DNA of 64,000 nucleotides from Octopus sinensis (GCF_006345805.1 NC_043005.1:55800001-55864000); one strand, 5' to 3'; numbered from the stretch's first letter, positions 40,721 to 54,272 are shown. Notes: generated by a model from the sequence alone, not told the origin. Numbers and translations are program-made.

Positions 40721-41527
40721 TTTTTAAAATTTATCTGTGTGTCTTTATGTCTCTGTTTGACCAGTGTTGGTTTGTTTACATCCTATTAACAGTTCAGCAA
40801 AAGACGCCAATAGAATAAGTACGAGGCTTAAAAAAATATTAGTACCAAGGTAGATTCATAAGGTTGTGAGTTCAATTTCCAACAACGCATTGTATTCTTG
40901 AGCAAGATACTTTATTTTACACTGCTCCAGTCCACTCAGCTGGCAAAAATGAGTAGTGCCTGTATTTCGAAGGGCCAATCTTGTCAAACTGAATCTCCCT
41001 GAGAGCTACTTTAAGAGTACACATGTCTGTGGAGTGCTCAGCCATTAGTGCATTAATGTCACAAGCAGGCTGTTCCATTGATCAGATTAACTGGAACTCT
41101 CATCGTCGTAACCAATGGAGTGCCAGTTATATTCTTTTATTTGTTTCAGTCTTTTGACTGTGGCCATGCTGAAGCACCACCTTTAGTCGAACAAACTGAC
41201 TTCAGAACTTATTCTTCATAAGCCTAGTACTTATTCTATCTGTCCCGAACTGCTAAGTTACGGGGATGTCAACACACCAACATCGGTTGTCAAGTGATGG
41301 TGGAAGGACAAACTCAGGCACACAAACATTTACATACTAATACATATGTGTGCACACACACACACCCACACACAAACACACACACACATATATATATATA
41401 TATACATATAAATTTGACATGAGCGATTCTTTCTTGTCTTGGGATTCATGTTCAAATGGCTGGGTGGAATTGCACAAAAAATTACACGGATGTGTAGAAT
41501 GATCCAGTGGTGATGCTGGGCTTTGTA

Positions 41528-41772
41528 TTTTTCATAGCTCCCATGGTTACTGAGATAATCTACTATAATAATACTCTTGTGTTTATGAATGAGAATAGAT
41601 GAATAAGGAAGGAAGGGGTGATAGATGAATAAGGAAGGAAGGGGTGATGTCATATTTTTTTCATAACTCCCATGGTTACCGCAATAATCTACTATAATAA
41701 TATTTTTGTGTTTATGAATGAGAAAGGAAGGGGTGATAGATGAATAAGGAAGGAAGGGGTGATATCATATTT
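41528..41772. repeat. About 125-bp tandem duplication with an internal 23-bp repeat
   Basis: tttttcata.ctcccatggttac...aaggaaggaaggggtgat occurs twice. Confidence 0.85.
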
Positions 41773-41989
41773 GGTAGTGGGAGGATGAAAATCGTATGCT
41801 GAAAAGAATGAATCAAACAGCGTTTCAACTCTGTGTGAATGTATGTGTGTGATTGTGCATTTGCAATGGAAGTGGGATGGTTTATCTTTGTTCGTTTAGT
41901 ATTTGGGTTTATTTTTTTATATTGTTTGTTTGTTTTTGTTTTTCCAGTTTCAGCTCTTGAGCTATGGCCATGCTGGGGCACCGCCATTG

Positions 41990-42152
41990 TGGTGAAAGAG
42001 TACAGCAGGGATCACCACCCCCTGCCGGAGCCTCGTAGAGCTTTTAGGTGTTTTCGCTCAATAAACACACACAACGCCCGGTCTGAGAATCGAAACCGCG
42101 ATCCTGCGACCGCGAGTCCGCTGCCCTAACCACTAGGCCATTGCGCCTCTAC
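41990..42152 (-). mobile_element. tRNA-derived SINE head (young, CpG-rich), related to 25540-25835(+)
   Basis: Minus: ggcgcaaTGGCCTAGTGGttagggcagcggactcgcggtcgcaggatcgcGGTTTCGATTCtcag. A and B boxes present, no acceptor stem. Confidence 0.75.
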
Positions 42153-42315
42153 GTTGAATCTATTGTTGAATCTTGGTTTTTTTTTTTTTTTTTGGTCAGA
42201 TATTTATAGTGTTTTGACAGAGAAAAGTCATTCTAAAATTGTTTTTCAACATAAGCATGCCCAAACAAGTCAAATGCTTACACAGAAGAGGTTTTACAGC
42301 CACATCATCCAAACC

Positions 42316-42343
42316 AACCGAGTGAAACCGGGCTTAGCTGCTA

Positions 42344-42344
<1 letters not shown>
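42316..42344 (+). mobile_element. Helitron-like 3' terminus
   Basis: ccgagtgaaaccgg hairpin followed by gcttagctgCTAG|t. The 5' end is not defined. Confidence 0.45.
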
Positions 42345-42387
<43 letters not shown>

Positions 42388-43029
42388 CATGCTTCATTCA
42401 GTTTCTGTCTACCAAATCCACTCACAAGGCTTTGGTTGGCCCGAGACTATAGTAGAAGACACTTCCCAAGGTGCCATACAGTGGGGCTGAACCCAGAACC
42501 ATATGGTTGGGAAGCAAGCTTCTTACCACACAACTATGCCTGCACCTATATATATGTGTGTGTGTGTGTATACAGGAAGGCATCATATGTCAATATTCTC
42601 ACCCAATCCATATTTTTAAGCGTTCTTCTTTAATAATTCATTATATAAACCTGAAGTGTTATTGCCATTTATGCCATGAGTTGATTCTAGTTGTTAAGAT
42701 CAATATCATGTAGTGAATGTATTGCTAATCAAATTGATAGCCTTTATTGTGTTCCATAGTTTGATAATGATGTCTTTTCCTTTGTTTTTTCCTTATGACA
42801 TGATCATAATAAAGTTACTTTAAAAAAAAAAAACAGAATTAGAAATATGTAAAGGTTATAGTAAGTATAAAAGTATAGCAAACATCAGATCATGTTAAGG
42901 AGGCACTTACTCCTTACATTGCATGAAAACTACATCATATTGTTACTGTTGTTTAACACTAGATCCGTGGTTCTTAATCTAGGTCATAGTGCTTGCTTGT
43001 GGGTGTTGTGAACTCACAAGAGAACATAA

Positions 43030-43402
43030 AAATCACTGATGCTGGTACCACATAAAAATCACTGGTGCAGGTGCCACATAAAATGTGCTGGTGCTGGTAC
43101 CACATAAAAAGCACTGGTGCTGGTGTCACATAAAAAGTACTGGTGCTGGTACCACATGAAAAGCACTGGTGCTGGTACCACATAAAATGCACAAGTGTTG
43201 GTACCCCATAAAAATCCCTGGTGCTGGTACCACATAAAAAGTACTGGTGCTGGTGTTACATAAAATGCACTGGTGCTGGTACCACATAAAAAGCACTGGT
43301 GCTGGCACCACATGAAAATCCCTGGTACTGGTACCACATAAAAAGTACTGGTGCTGGTGTCACATAAAATGCACTGGTGCTGGTACCACATAAAAGCACT
43401 TG
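43030..43402. repeat. About 26-bp minisatellite, about 14 units (actggtgctggtaccacataaaaagc)
   Basis: Direct reading. Runs into an RTE 3' UTR block. Confidence 0.9.
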
Positions 43403-44253
43403 GTACACTCTGTTGAGTAGTTGGCCTTAGGAAGAACATCCAGCCATAGGAACAATGCCAGAACAGACATTGGAGCCTGCTGTGGCTTCTGGCCCTAACA
43501 GCTCTTGTCAACCCAATGAGGATGATGATGATAATGATAATGATGATGTCTAATGTGTGTTGCCCCACCCCTTTTAAGACAATGGACTGCGATTTAAGAG
43601 AGAGAGAGGGAGAGAGAGAGTTCTTTATAGAAATATCAGGGTCACATGACCTTCTTGGCTGAAGTTAATTTATTTTATAATTGAATGTAAATTCTCTCTT
43701 ATTTTGTTATGAGACTGACTGCCATCTTCCCAGTGTCTCTAACACAGAAGAATAGGCAAATTCTGTCATTCACATTTAAGGTGGTCTCCATGATGAAAAG
43801 GAAATGTAATGGCAATTAACAGGAAGTTACTGATGATTGGTAGAGGAGGAGGAGGGAGAATGGAAGGAGCAAGCAGGAATGAAGAAGAAGTGGTGGTGGT
43901 GTTGGAAGAGGAGGAGGGGGGAGGGGGGAGGACAGATGCAGCAGCAGCAGCAGGAGAGAAATAATAAATGGTAAATGCTTAATAAACATTGAAATATAAT
44001 AGGGTTGGAAGTTGGAATGGAGCTATTAGACAAGAATTGAAGGTAGTGTAAAAGAGAGAGAGAGATTTATAGTCTAGACTAAATTGATAATACAAATCTT
44101 ATAAAGGATACCATTCTCTGGCAATAAAGTGAAAGTCTTGATATAGTCTAACAGTACAGAGAGAGTCAATATGGTCTAGTTGTGAGTCAATAATAGGTTA
44201 ACAACAATGTAATATATTCCAACAATTGTGGGTCAATAATAATATGGTCTAAC

Positions 44254-44472
44254 AAAGGTGGTGAGCTGGCAGAAACGTTAGCACACTGGGTGAAATGCTT
44301 AGTAGTATCTCATCTGTGTTTGCGTTCTGAGTTCAAATTCTGCTGAGGTCGACTTTGCTTTTCATCCTTTTGGGGTCCGAAAAATTAAGTACCAGTTGCA
44401 TACTAGGGTCAATCAAATCAACTCGCCCCCCCTCCCCCAAATTTTCGGGCCTTGTGCCTAGAGTAGAAAAGA
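44254..44472 (+). mobile_element. SINE family B copy inserted in a degenerate minisatellite
   Basis: Family B sequence, flanked by taatatggtctaaca / taatatagtctaaca. Confidence 0.8.
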
Positions 44473-45801
44473 TTAATATAGTCTAACAGAGTCTAACAGT
44501 AGTGAAAGAGTCAATGCAGGTCAACAGTAGTAAGTCATTATAAGTCAAACAACTGTGAGTCAATATAGTTCAACGACTGTGAGTCAATAATATAGTCTTA
44601 CTGAGTCTAACAGAGTCTACCAGTAGTGTGTGTGTGTATGTATTTATATGTACATATATATATGTATGTGCATGTGTGTGTGTGTGTGTGTACACATATT
44701 ATGTGGGCGATATTTTTGACCAAGACATTATAATCATATCTGATTCTTCAAATGCTGCAATTCTATGTATGTACATGTATTTTTACTAGATTGCTTGACA
44801 TTTATCTTCATCGTGACCGCCATTTAACCAAAGCCTGCATACATGCCCTAAATGCACCAGGGCCTGTTGCACAAGTATCAGTGTAATAGCTAATTAAGAG
44901 CTTGCTACTCTTTCTCATGATTTCTGGATACAAAAAAAAATGCCATCGTATCATTATTATATTATATTGACATGTAATAACATAATTGAAGTAATACCAC
45001 AGGATATGAAGCTGTAACTCTTTTCTTCAAATTAAATACAGCAGATTCTCTTAAATTGTTTCTCATCAGTTAATATCTCTGACGCCAGTACTCTTTCTAT
45101 AGATTTAATGACAATATCTGAACCTAAATATAACTTAACCATTTCTGCCATATTTTACCCACAACTCATATGTTAAAAAAAAAAAAAAAAAAGGAAAAAA
45201 GAGGGAGGTATCACATTTCAGCCATTACTTTTTTTTTTTTTTTGTTTCCATGTCAGTATGAGATCAGCCAAAAACTTCATGTCTTATTGGGACAATAAAT
45301 AACCAACAGACTGCCTATAAATAAAGAAAACTATTTCCATCTAAAAGCCAACTCTAATTGCATGGAATATTTTGACAGCAATCTAAATCAGAGACTCTTC
45401 ATGAGATTTTCGAGATACTGCATAATTGCTTTAGATTATTGATAAAGAGGGTCAAGTAGGAAGAGAAGCAACTCTAATTCAGCTGTAAATCTTCCTGTTT
45501 TGTAGTATTTTGTTAAACCAAACACATATCCTATAGAAGCATCATTCAAAGTTTCCAGTTCAAACTTTTCCTGATAATAAACACATTGCCAAAGTAGATA
45601 TGAGTTTAAATTAGATATAATTGTTTTGATTATTTATTGTATAATTTATTTATTCATTCTTTTCATTCTTCAACTAGTGTCGGTCACTTGACTGTAACCA
45701 TGTATAAGTTTTAATTATAATTGTACTGTAGATAACTAGTAAGACTAAACTGGCTGGTTGAAAACTTTGCAAATTTTAGTTATGTCCCCTATATTCTGCC
45801 T

Positions 45802-46432
45802 TTAACTCTTTAGCATTTCAATTGGGCCATAACCAGCCCAAATATTTTGTTTTATATCCAAACTGGCCAACAATAACATTCTAAAAATTGTGGATATGTG
45901 GAAAAAAGCATGCTTCCTAACCACACAGGTCTGGGTTCAGTACCACTGTGTAGTACCTTGGACAGGTATCTTCTATTACAGCCTCGGGCTGACTAAAGCC
46001 TTGTGAGTGGATTTGGTTGATGGAAACTGGAAGAAGCCTATCATATATATATGTGTGTGTGTGTGTATGAGCATGCCTGTGTATGTGTGTGTGTGTATGT
46101 GCTCGCGTGTATGTCTGTTTGTCCCCCACCACTGCTTGACAAGATGTGTAGGTGTGTTTATGTCCCTGTAACTTAGTGGCTTGGCAAAAGTGACTGATAG
46201 AATAAGTACCAGGCTTACAAAAAAGTAAGCACTAGGGTCGATTCATTTGACTAAAAAATTCTTTGAGGTGGTGCTCCAGCATGGCCACAATCTAATGACT
46301 GGAAGCAATTAAAAGACAAAAGATACCATCGACATTTCAATGTCACAAGTTAATGCGTGATTAATTCAAAACAGTATAAATAAATAAGCATTGCATTTGA
46401 CAGAATAATAACTTGAATGCTTAGAGGGTTAA
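45802..46432. mobile_element. piggyBac-like MITE interrupted by a SINE
   Basis: TTAA-ctctttagcatt ... aatgcttagaggg-TTAA, with a family A SINE at about 45905-46322 inside. Confidence 0.55.
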
Positions 46433-47371
46433 ATCTCACCAAGGGTGTCATCTTTATCTTATATTCACCACCAAGTCAGTAAAATACAGGGTGGGCAAGA
46501 AGGGGAGCATTTGTGCAACAGCCCTGTCTCCATCAAACCCTTCACCACCACCACCACCACCACCACCACAACGACAACTACAACCACTACCACTACCCCT
46601 GTCGGTTCAATAAGAAAAATAAGACAAGTGTCAGCCATGTAGAGTGAAGAAGCTCTTCCTCCCACCTTTGTGGCATTGTGCCGAAGCAAAAACGATTGTT
46701 GCTTATTTGACCAGTAGTACATCTTGAGAAACTCGTTGAGTTTTATAAATAGAAATTATTACAGCAATTTTTGTAAGTCTTCAAGATACAGACATAAACA
46801 ACAAAAAGGAATGAATGAAATAAATACATAATAAAAAGCAATAAGCTGAACCTACATATGTAGAAACAACTGTAATTTATTCTGGAAAAGCACTTGAGCA
46901 AAAGTGTTTGTGTATTTTCTATTATACAAAAATATTGCTGATTGGCTGGTCACCCAGCCAGAGTACTATTAACAAGACTGTAGCTACATCAACGTTAGGT
47001 GAATGCTGCAAGCCAAAAAATATCAATACGTGAAGAGGAAGATGACAGTCATGAACTATGAGTTTTTTTTTTTATTTTTTGCTTTATTTATTTTTTTTTT
47101 ACTTGCTTCACCCATTGAACTGTGGCCATGCTGGAGCACTATAATGACGTGGGGGTTAGTTAAACAGATTGATGTTGGTTCTTGTTGTTTGAGTCTGGCA
47201 CTTTTATACTACTGGTTGCTTTTTGCTGTACTGCTGCTAAGTTAGGGGGATGTAAACAAACCAACATAGGTTATTAAGTGGTGATGAGGGACTAACATGA
47301 TAAAAGCACATTATATATGTGGTGCATCCCAGAGGTTTTCAGACATTTTAGAGAGATTATTGTAAATTTAG

Positions 47372-47770
47372 TACTCTTTTTACTTGTTTCAGTCATTTGA
47401 CTGTGGCCATGCTAGAGCACTGCCTTTAGTATAGCAAATCGACCCCAGGACTTATTCTTTGTAAGCCTAGTACTTATTCTATCAGTCTCTTTTGCTGAAC
47501 CGCTAAGTTACGGGGATGTAAACATACTAGCATCAGTTGTCAAGCGATGATGGGGGGTCAAACATATACACACACATGCATATATATATATATATATATA
47601 TACATATATACGACGGGCTTCTTTCAGTTTCCGTCAGCCAAATCCACTCACAAGGCTTTGGTCAATTCAAGGCTATAGCAGAAGACACTTGCCCAAAGTG
47701 CAACACAGTGGGACTGAACCCAGAACCATGTGGCTGGTAAGCAAACTACTTACCACACAGCCACTCCTAT
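47372..47770 (-). mobile_element. SINE family A copy, followed by a second partial copy at 47775-48000
   Basis: Reverse complement of family A. Confidence 0.82.
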
Positions 47771-48045
47771 TTTTTATCTTCTACTTGTTTCAGACATTAG
47801 ACTGCAGCCATGCTGGAGCACTGCATTGAATTTCTAATCAAATGAATGAATCGACCCCAGTACTTATTTTCAAAGCCTGGTACTTATTCTATGGGTCACT
47901 TTTGCTGAACCACTAAGTTACAGGGATGCAAACTCACCAGCATCAGTTGTCAAATGGTGGGTGAAGACAAACACAAACACAAAGACACCTACATAGATAC
48001 ACATACACATACATATCTATCTATCTATATATCTATATATATATA

Positions 48046-48155
<110 letters not shown>

Positions 48156-48392
48156 CATATATATATATATATATATCATCATCATCATCATCATCATTTA
48201 GTGTCCGTTTTCCATGCTAGCATGGGTTGGACGGTTCAACTGGGGTCTGTAAAGCTGGAAGGCTTAATCAGGCCCAGTCAGATCTGGCAGTGTTTCTACG
48301 GCTGGATGCCCTTCCTAACGCCAACCACTCCGTGAGTGTAGTGGGTGCTTTTTACGTGCCACCCACACAGGTGCCATATATATATATATATA

Positions 48393-48799
48393 TATGATAA
48401 GAAGAAAATGAAGAGCTTGAAAGATAAACATCAATTTATTAACATATTGTCAATTTCATATTACCTACAATCGTTTCCATACCCAATTCATTCAAATTAC
48501 AAATAATAAATTAAAGATGCATTTTGAATATAGAGAGCTGAATATTTCTTCAGTGTGAGAAATCAACACAAAAAGGAATCACATATGCTTATGCTGAGTC
48601 TGTCAATGATCACTCAATCAATTAAGAGAATTCTCATCCTGAAGAAATATTCAACTCACTATATTCAAAATGCATCTTCAATTTATTATTTGTAATTTGA
48701 ATGAATTGGATATGGAAACAATTGTGGGTAATATGAAATTGACAATATGTTAATAAATTGATGTTTATCCATCAAACTCTCCATTTACTTCTTACCATA
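48393..48799. repeat. Long inverted repeat (about 170-bp arms, about 70-bp spacer), Penelope pLTR-like, with a hammerhead-like motif in each arm
   Basis: 48393-48561 is the near-exact reverse complement of 48629-48799, e.g. gataaacatcaatttattaacatattgtcaatttcatattac versus gtaatatgaaattgacaatatgttaataaattgatgtttatc. CTGAAGA at 48639 and GAAAC at 48715. Confidence 0.85.
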
Positions 48800-49013
48800 A
48801 ACAAAAATGAAAATATACCCATTGGTATCGAAGTAAAAACTAACATCTTTTTAGTATTTCACGATACATAGGATGAAACTGGGGAAACTTGGACGCTAAC
48901 ATCCATTCAAGAGGTATCTCTATCCTCACAGTAACAAAAATATATATATATATATATATATATAACATATATATAATATATATATTACATACATACATAC
49001 ATATATATGTGTG

Positions 49014-49060
<47 letters not shown>

Positions 49061-49082
49061 CATACATACATACATGCATACA

Positions 49083-49181
<99 letters not shown>

Positions 49182-49479
49182 CGTGTGTGTGTGTGTGTGT
49201 AGATGGGCTTCTTTTAGTTTCTGCTTTGGTTAGCCCAAGGCTGTAGTAAAAGACTCTTGCCTAAAATGCTACACAGTGAGACTGAACCCAGATTCTTACC
49301 ACACATGAATCTAATAAGCTTAGCTGCCTACTTTTATTACCCCAGACTAAAGGAGGCAGCTGTAACTGCACTTTGAACAACTTTGAACATACCTACTAAC
49401 CACTTGTCACAGTTGACTGGACTGCAGAATGCAGCCAGGATTTGAAAAAAATATGTTTTCACTATGTAATAAAGCTTTG

Positions 49480-49950
49480 TGTTAAACTGGACAAAACATA
49501 CAGAACTTTTGAAATGCACTAGACTACTTACGGGTTAAATTTTTCCACTGGCACAAGAGGTGAGAGACAATGAGAGGTGTGGAACAGAGAGAGATGCCAG
49601 AACATTAGAGCTGATTAAGAAAATTTGCAATTTTCAGTTTTCTGGATGAAATTGTGGAGTTGGTATGGCAACTGGACACAGAATTATTCATGTAGATTTG
49701 AACATGCACAAAATTTGCGCAAAATTTGTTTCCAGAGTATTCAGTGATGAACATCCTGGTAACCAACTATTTGACAGAGATGGGCATTACAACTCCTTCA
49801 CTCTCTCCCTACAGTCCAGATCTTGCTTCTTGTCACTTTTGGTTGTTTCCCAAGCTGAAGTAGAACCTCAGAGATAGTCGTGGCTTAAGTACTACACAAG
49901 GGCATTGAAATCAGAGAATCCTACTTTGAAGGAGATAAGGAGTTTTGTGC
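49480..49950 (+). mobile_element. Highly decayed mariner fragment
   Basis: HRIIHVDLNMHKICAKFVSRV and an out-of-frame H-S-P-Y-S-P-D-L-A..FWLFPKLK motif. Confidence 0.65.
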
Positions 49951-50019
49951 TTTGAAACTAATAAATGCTTATCCTAAAAAGTCTGAAAACTTCTGGAATG
50001 CACCTTTATTCATGTATGC

Positions 50020-50304
50020 AGAAAGAAAGAAAGAAAGAAGAAAGAGAAGAAAAAAGAAAGAAGAAAGAAAGAACAAAAGAAAGAACAAAGAAGAAAAAGA
50101 ATGAAAAAGAAGAAAGAAAGAACGAAAGAAAAAGAAGAAAGAAAAAGAAAGAACAAGAAAAAGAAAGAAGAAAGAAAAAGAAAAAAGAAAAAGAAAAAAG
50201 AAAAAAAAAACGAAAAAAAAAAAAAAAAAGAAAGAAAGAAAAGAAAAAAAAACGAAAGAAAGAAAGAAAGAAAAAGAAAGAAAGAAAAAACGAAAGAAAG
50301 AAAG
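50020..50304. repeat. Purine-rich (GAAA)n low-complexity tract
   Basis: Almost entirely A/G. Confidence 0.92.
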
Positions 50305-51359
50305 GTGAATTTATTGTTGTTGTTTAACTTACAGTTGATTTTGATTGAGCAATCCTATGACTGAAGAGATTCCACCATGATCACCACTACACATTTTTTT
50401 TTTCCTGATATACCAGTCAACTACTGTGTCTCCGTCTAAAAATTTAGAGTCTTGGACTTATGTTAGAAGCTATTAATATTTATTATGGATGTTTTGATCA
50501 ATTTCTGTGCTGAATAACATTACTACCACCAATTCATTCACTCATTGACCCCACTCTAAACATAAAAACCAGGAAATTTTTGAAGTCAGACATGTTCTTT
50601 CAAGCTCAAATTCTTCAACACATCTTCGCCATTCTCCACACATTGTTCACCTTCATTCACACAACTTCAGTTTAAATAATCCGGCTATATAAACAAAACA
50701 TTGAAAGATATGAATGAAAAATCTATTTTCTTGGTGATTTGATATATAACACAGAAATATGAAACTCTAGAGAGAAATTAATTATCTTTAATGGGACTAT
50801 AATCTTTAGGAAAAGCAATAACCATTCCGTTTTCTATTGATTTTACATTCCTTGATGTATAGCTGTTGCTGTAACTATTTCTAACAATAATCAATAACGC
50901 TGTGAACAAACTCTTTAAATTTCTCCAACGTTTATTACAAGGAGCTTTCACATATCATGAGACAATCGTTGAACAGAGGCTTTTGATTTTAATAGCTGTT
51001 GTGATTCCAAAGTTTTTAGTTGCTGTAATAGACTATTTGAATAGTTTCATTTTCAAATGGTTTTCGAATAATCATTTTGGCCATTTGGTATCATCGTAAA
51101 TAAAAGCCAATGTTTCATGGCCGAATGCACTTTCTGTCACTAATATGGTTTATTTGTGATCAACGCAAAATGAGATTTTTACTTAAAATAAATACAAAAA
51201 TGATAGAAAAAAACCAGCTCTCACAAAACACAACCAGTTAACTTATATACATATATCAACTTTGAACTCAATTTTCAACAACTAGTTCTACTTCTTTTCA
51301 TAGCAAATATATATTCATTTATTTATTTATTTATTTATTTAGAAGTATTCTTTCCTTTT

Positions 51360-51730
51360 ATTCTTTTACTTGTTTCAGTATTTTGATTGTGGCTATGCTG
51401 GAGCACCACCATGAAGGGTATTAGCCGAACAAATCAACATCAAAACTCTTTTTGTTAAGCCTGGTACTTATCCTTTTGGTCACTTTTGCCAAACTGCTAA
51501 GTTACAGGGACATAAACACACCAACACCAGTTGTTAAGTGGTGATAGGAGGGGACAAACACAGACACAAAGATACATACACACACACACACACATATATA
51601 TGTATATATATACAATGGCTTCTTTCAGTTTCCATCTACCAAATCTCGCAAGGCACATGCCCAAGGTGCCACACAGTGGGACTGAACCCGGAACTATGTG
51701 GTTGGGAAGCAAGCTTCTTACCACACAGCC
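51360..51730 (-). mobile_element. SINE family A copy
   Basis: Reverse complement of family A. Confidence 0.8.
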
Positions 51731-52272
51731 AGGAATCATTTTCCTATCCTGGCAAAGCAGAATATTTCCTGGAGGACAATAAATATACTGTCCAGTGTAG
51801 CGCTCTATATTAGTAAAACATGGACTTTGTGAAACAATCAAACTGTTTCACTGGGTTATGATTATATGGATGTAACATGGAAATATTTAAGTTATAAAAA
51901 AAAGTATCCTTTGTTACATCTGAGAAAGGACTAAGAACAGTTTGATACTGAAGATGACATCACCTATGGTAATGGTTTGGTCAATGTATGAGTGTAGGAG
52001 ACAATAACCAAAGAAGTCTATCAATATTGAGATAGTTGTTATCTGATGCTGGGCAGACAATAACTCGGGCCATCTTAGTAGCCTTATAGATCCCAGAGCA
52101 AATCAATTAATTGGACCTTGAGTATTTATTGACAGCAAGCCACAGCATATATACACCAGTATTTGGTCCCCTACACCCATGACGCCCAGTGTGTCCATGT
52201 CTTAAGGTGGTCCTGATAACAACAACAAAAGTGACTTGAAATTTGACAGAGAAGAATGGTTCAAAGATATTG

Positions 52273-52410
52273 CTGGACTGCCAAAGATGTCACTGGACAG
52301 CCAAAGGAATCAACTGGACAGTCAAAGGAACCACTATACAGCCCATGGAATTAATGGACAGCCTACAAAATCACTGGACAACTAAAGGAATCAATGGGCA
52401 GACATCAAAA
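52273..52410. repeat. Degenerate 20-21-bp tandem repeat (ctggacagccaaaggaatca)
   Basis: About 7 diverged units. Confidence 0.7.
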
Positions 52411-52664
52411 GTAGTACAGGCTGACCAAAAATAAAGAAGAACTGGTGAAGCAAGATGTGACCATGCTGATTTGATTTCAATTATGCTTAATCCTTGTACA
52501 CAGAGAATTAAGATTGAAGGTTCAACACTAAACCATTCTGTAACTTGTCTTCCATTACAATTGATATAGTCATGTTCTATATTGTTCAAAATTTGTCAAT
52601 ATTCCATAGGAATGTGAGCAAAAGAGGCAGTTATAAATATAAAATTTCAATGAAGTGAGTTCAT

Positions 52665-53110
52665 GGCTTGCAGGACGGCCTGCTGTGCTAACCTTGGATC
52701 GTAGAGTGACCCACTGTTCTTGAGGAGACCTGTTGAGTCAAGTTCGTCAACATCAGAAATTCGAATGGTAATTGTAGTTAAGACACCAGTGCTGATGACA
52801 TGTAAAAGCACCATTCGAGTGTAGCAGTTACTAGTGTCACCTGACTGGCATTTGTGTTGGTGACATGTAAAAGCACCAACTGATCGTGGCCGTTAGCCAG
52901 CCTGTGCTGGCTCCTGGGCCAGTGGCATGTAAAAAACACCCACTACACTCACGGAGTGGTTGGCGTTAGGAAGGGCATCCAGCTGTAGAAACACTGCCAA
53001 ATCAGACTGGAGCCTGGTGCAGCCTCCATGGCTTACCAGACCCCGGTCAAACCGTCCAACCCATGCTAGCATGGAAAACGGACGTTAAATGATGATGATG
53101 ATGATGATGA
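52665..53110 (+). mobile_element. RTE 3' UTR-derived repeat
   Basis: Colinear with 34230-34630 and ends in aaacggacgttaaat(GAT)n. Confidence 0.75.
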
Positions 53111-53464
53111 TTCAAAATGTTTATAAAATCAAAGAATCGACAAAAGTTAGAGCCAACAGTAGAGGTTTGTAATATATGATCAACAGGGGATAGGGGTCTA
53201 TGTATGCAATGCATGCACTGCTTGCATTACTATTTTCCCACAATAAATAATTTTTGTATAATATATAATATAATATATAATTGATTATTGATCATTTTCA
53301 CGAGATTTTTTGTAGTCATATTTACTTTTATTTTGCATTCCTTCATTTCTTAGTATAAATTGTAATCAATCGATATTATTTAACAAGTGTAAGTAGTGAA
53401 AGCTCCTGTTTGCTTTGTGAGAAAAGAAGGAGAAGCTATGAATTAATGGCTTTCCTGTTCTTTT

Positions 53465-53835
53465 GAGAATGGAGTGTCAACAAGAAGGACAAAACAAATG
53501 AGTGAACGGCCAGCAAAGAGAAAGGCAAATTTTTCTGCTTGCTTTCAGTCAGTAACAGCAATGCTATTAGTCTCTTCATATTCTGTTATTCATTTCAAGA
53601 ATGGAGTGTCAAAAAGAGAGACAAAATAAACAAGTGAGTGGTCAACCCAAACAAAGGCAAAGGAAAGCAAATTTTTACTGCTCCCTTTCAGTCATAGTAA
53701 GAGCAGTAGTATTACTTTCTTTGCATTCTATTATTTTGAAGGGTGCACCAAAAAGAGGGACAAAATAAAAAATAATAAGTGAATGGTCAAGAAGGAGAAA
53801 GCAGATATTTTACTGCTTGCCTTCCAGCAGTGTTA
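53465..53835. repeat. Degenerate 130-140-bp tandem triplication
   Basis: gaatggagtgtcaa..gacaaaa..gtgaa.ggtca..gcaaatttt.ctgct..ctttcagtca occurs three times. Confidence 0.75.
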
Positions 53836-54272
53836 AGCCAGCAGACATGCTGTCAACTGTATTTTTCTCTTGAAGTGCTGACGTTTTTATTGTCCTGGGC
53901 AGATAAGATAAAAAATTTGCCTATTCAGAGGACTTTCCTGAGGTTTTCTTCATAGTTGGACAGATTTCGACAAGAAATGTCTATTTAGTTAATTTGCAAG
54001 TTTGCTTTATATATATTTCATACGATTGATTATTCGGTACCGAAGAGTACACATTTTATTTTTTTATCTTCTCCTTGTTTCAATCAGTAGATTGTGGCCA
54101 TGCTGGGAGCAAGACCTTAAATAAATGAATCTACCACAGTACTTTTTTAAAACCTGGTTCTTTTTCTTTTGGTCTCTCGTGCCAAACCACTAAGTTACGG
54201 AAACATATACACACCAATGCCAGTTGTCAAGCATTGATGAAGGACAAACAGAAACACAAAGACACACACACA

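Noticed and set aside
42070-42152. Possible tRNA gene (also 21746-21825 and 25545-25615)
   Set aside because: A/B boxes are present but there is no acceptor stem and the sequence continues into repeat bodies, so these are SINE heads.
43030-43402. CRISPR-like regular array
   Set aside because: Units are contiguous with no unique spacers, the context is eukaryotic and there are no cas genes.
45050-45075. Minus-strand CTGATGAGAAAC
   Set aside because: No stem II and no consistent stem I/III, so treated as chance.
49965-50364. K/E/R-rich ORFs
   Set aside because: Translation of a (GAAA)n tract.
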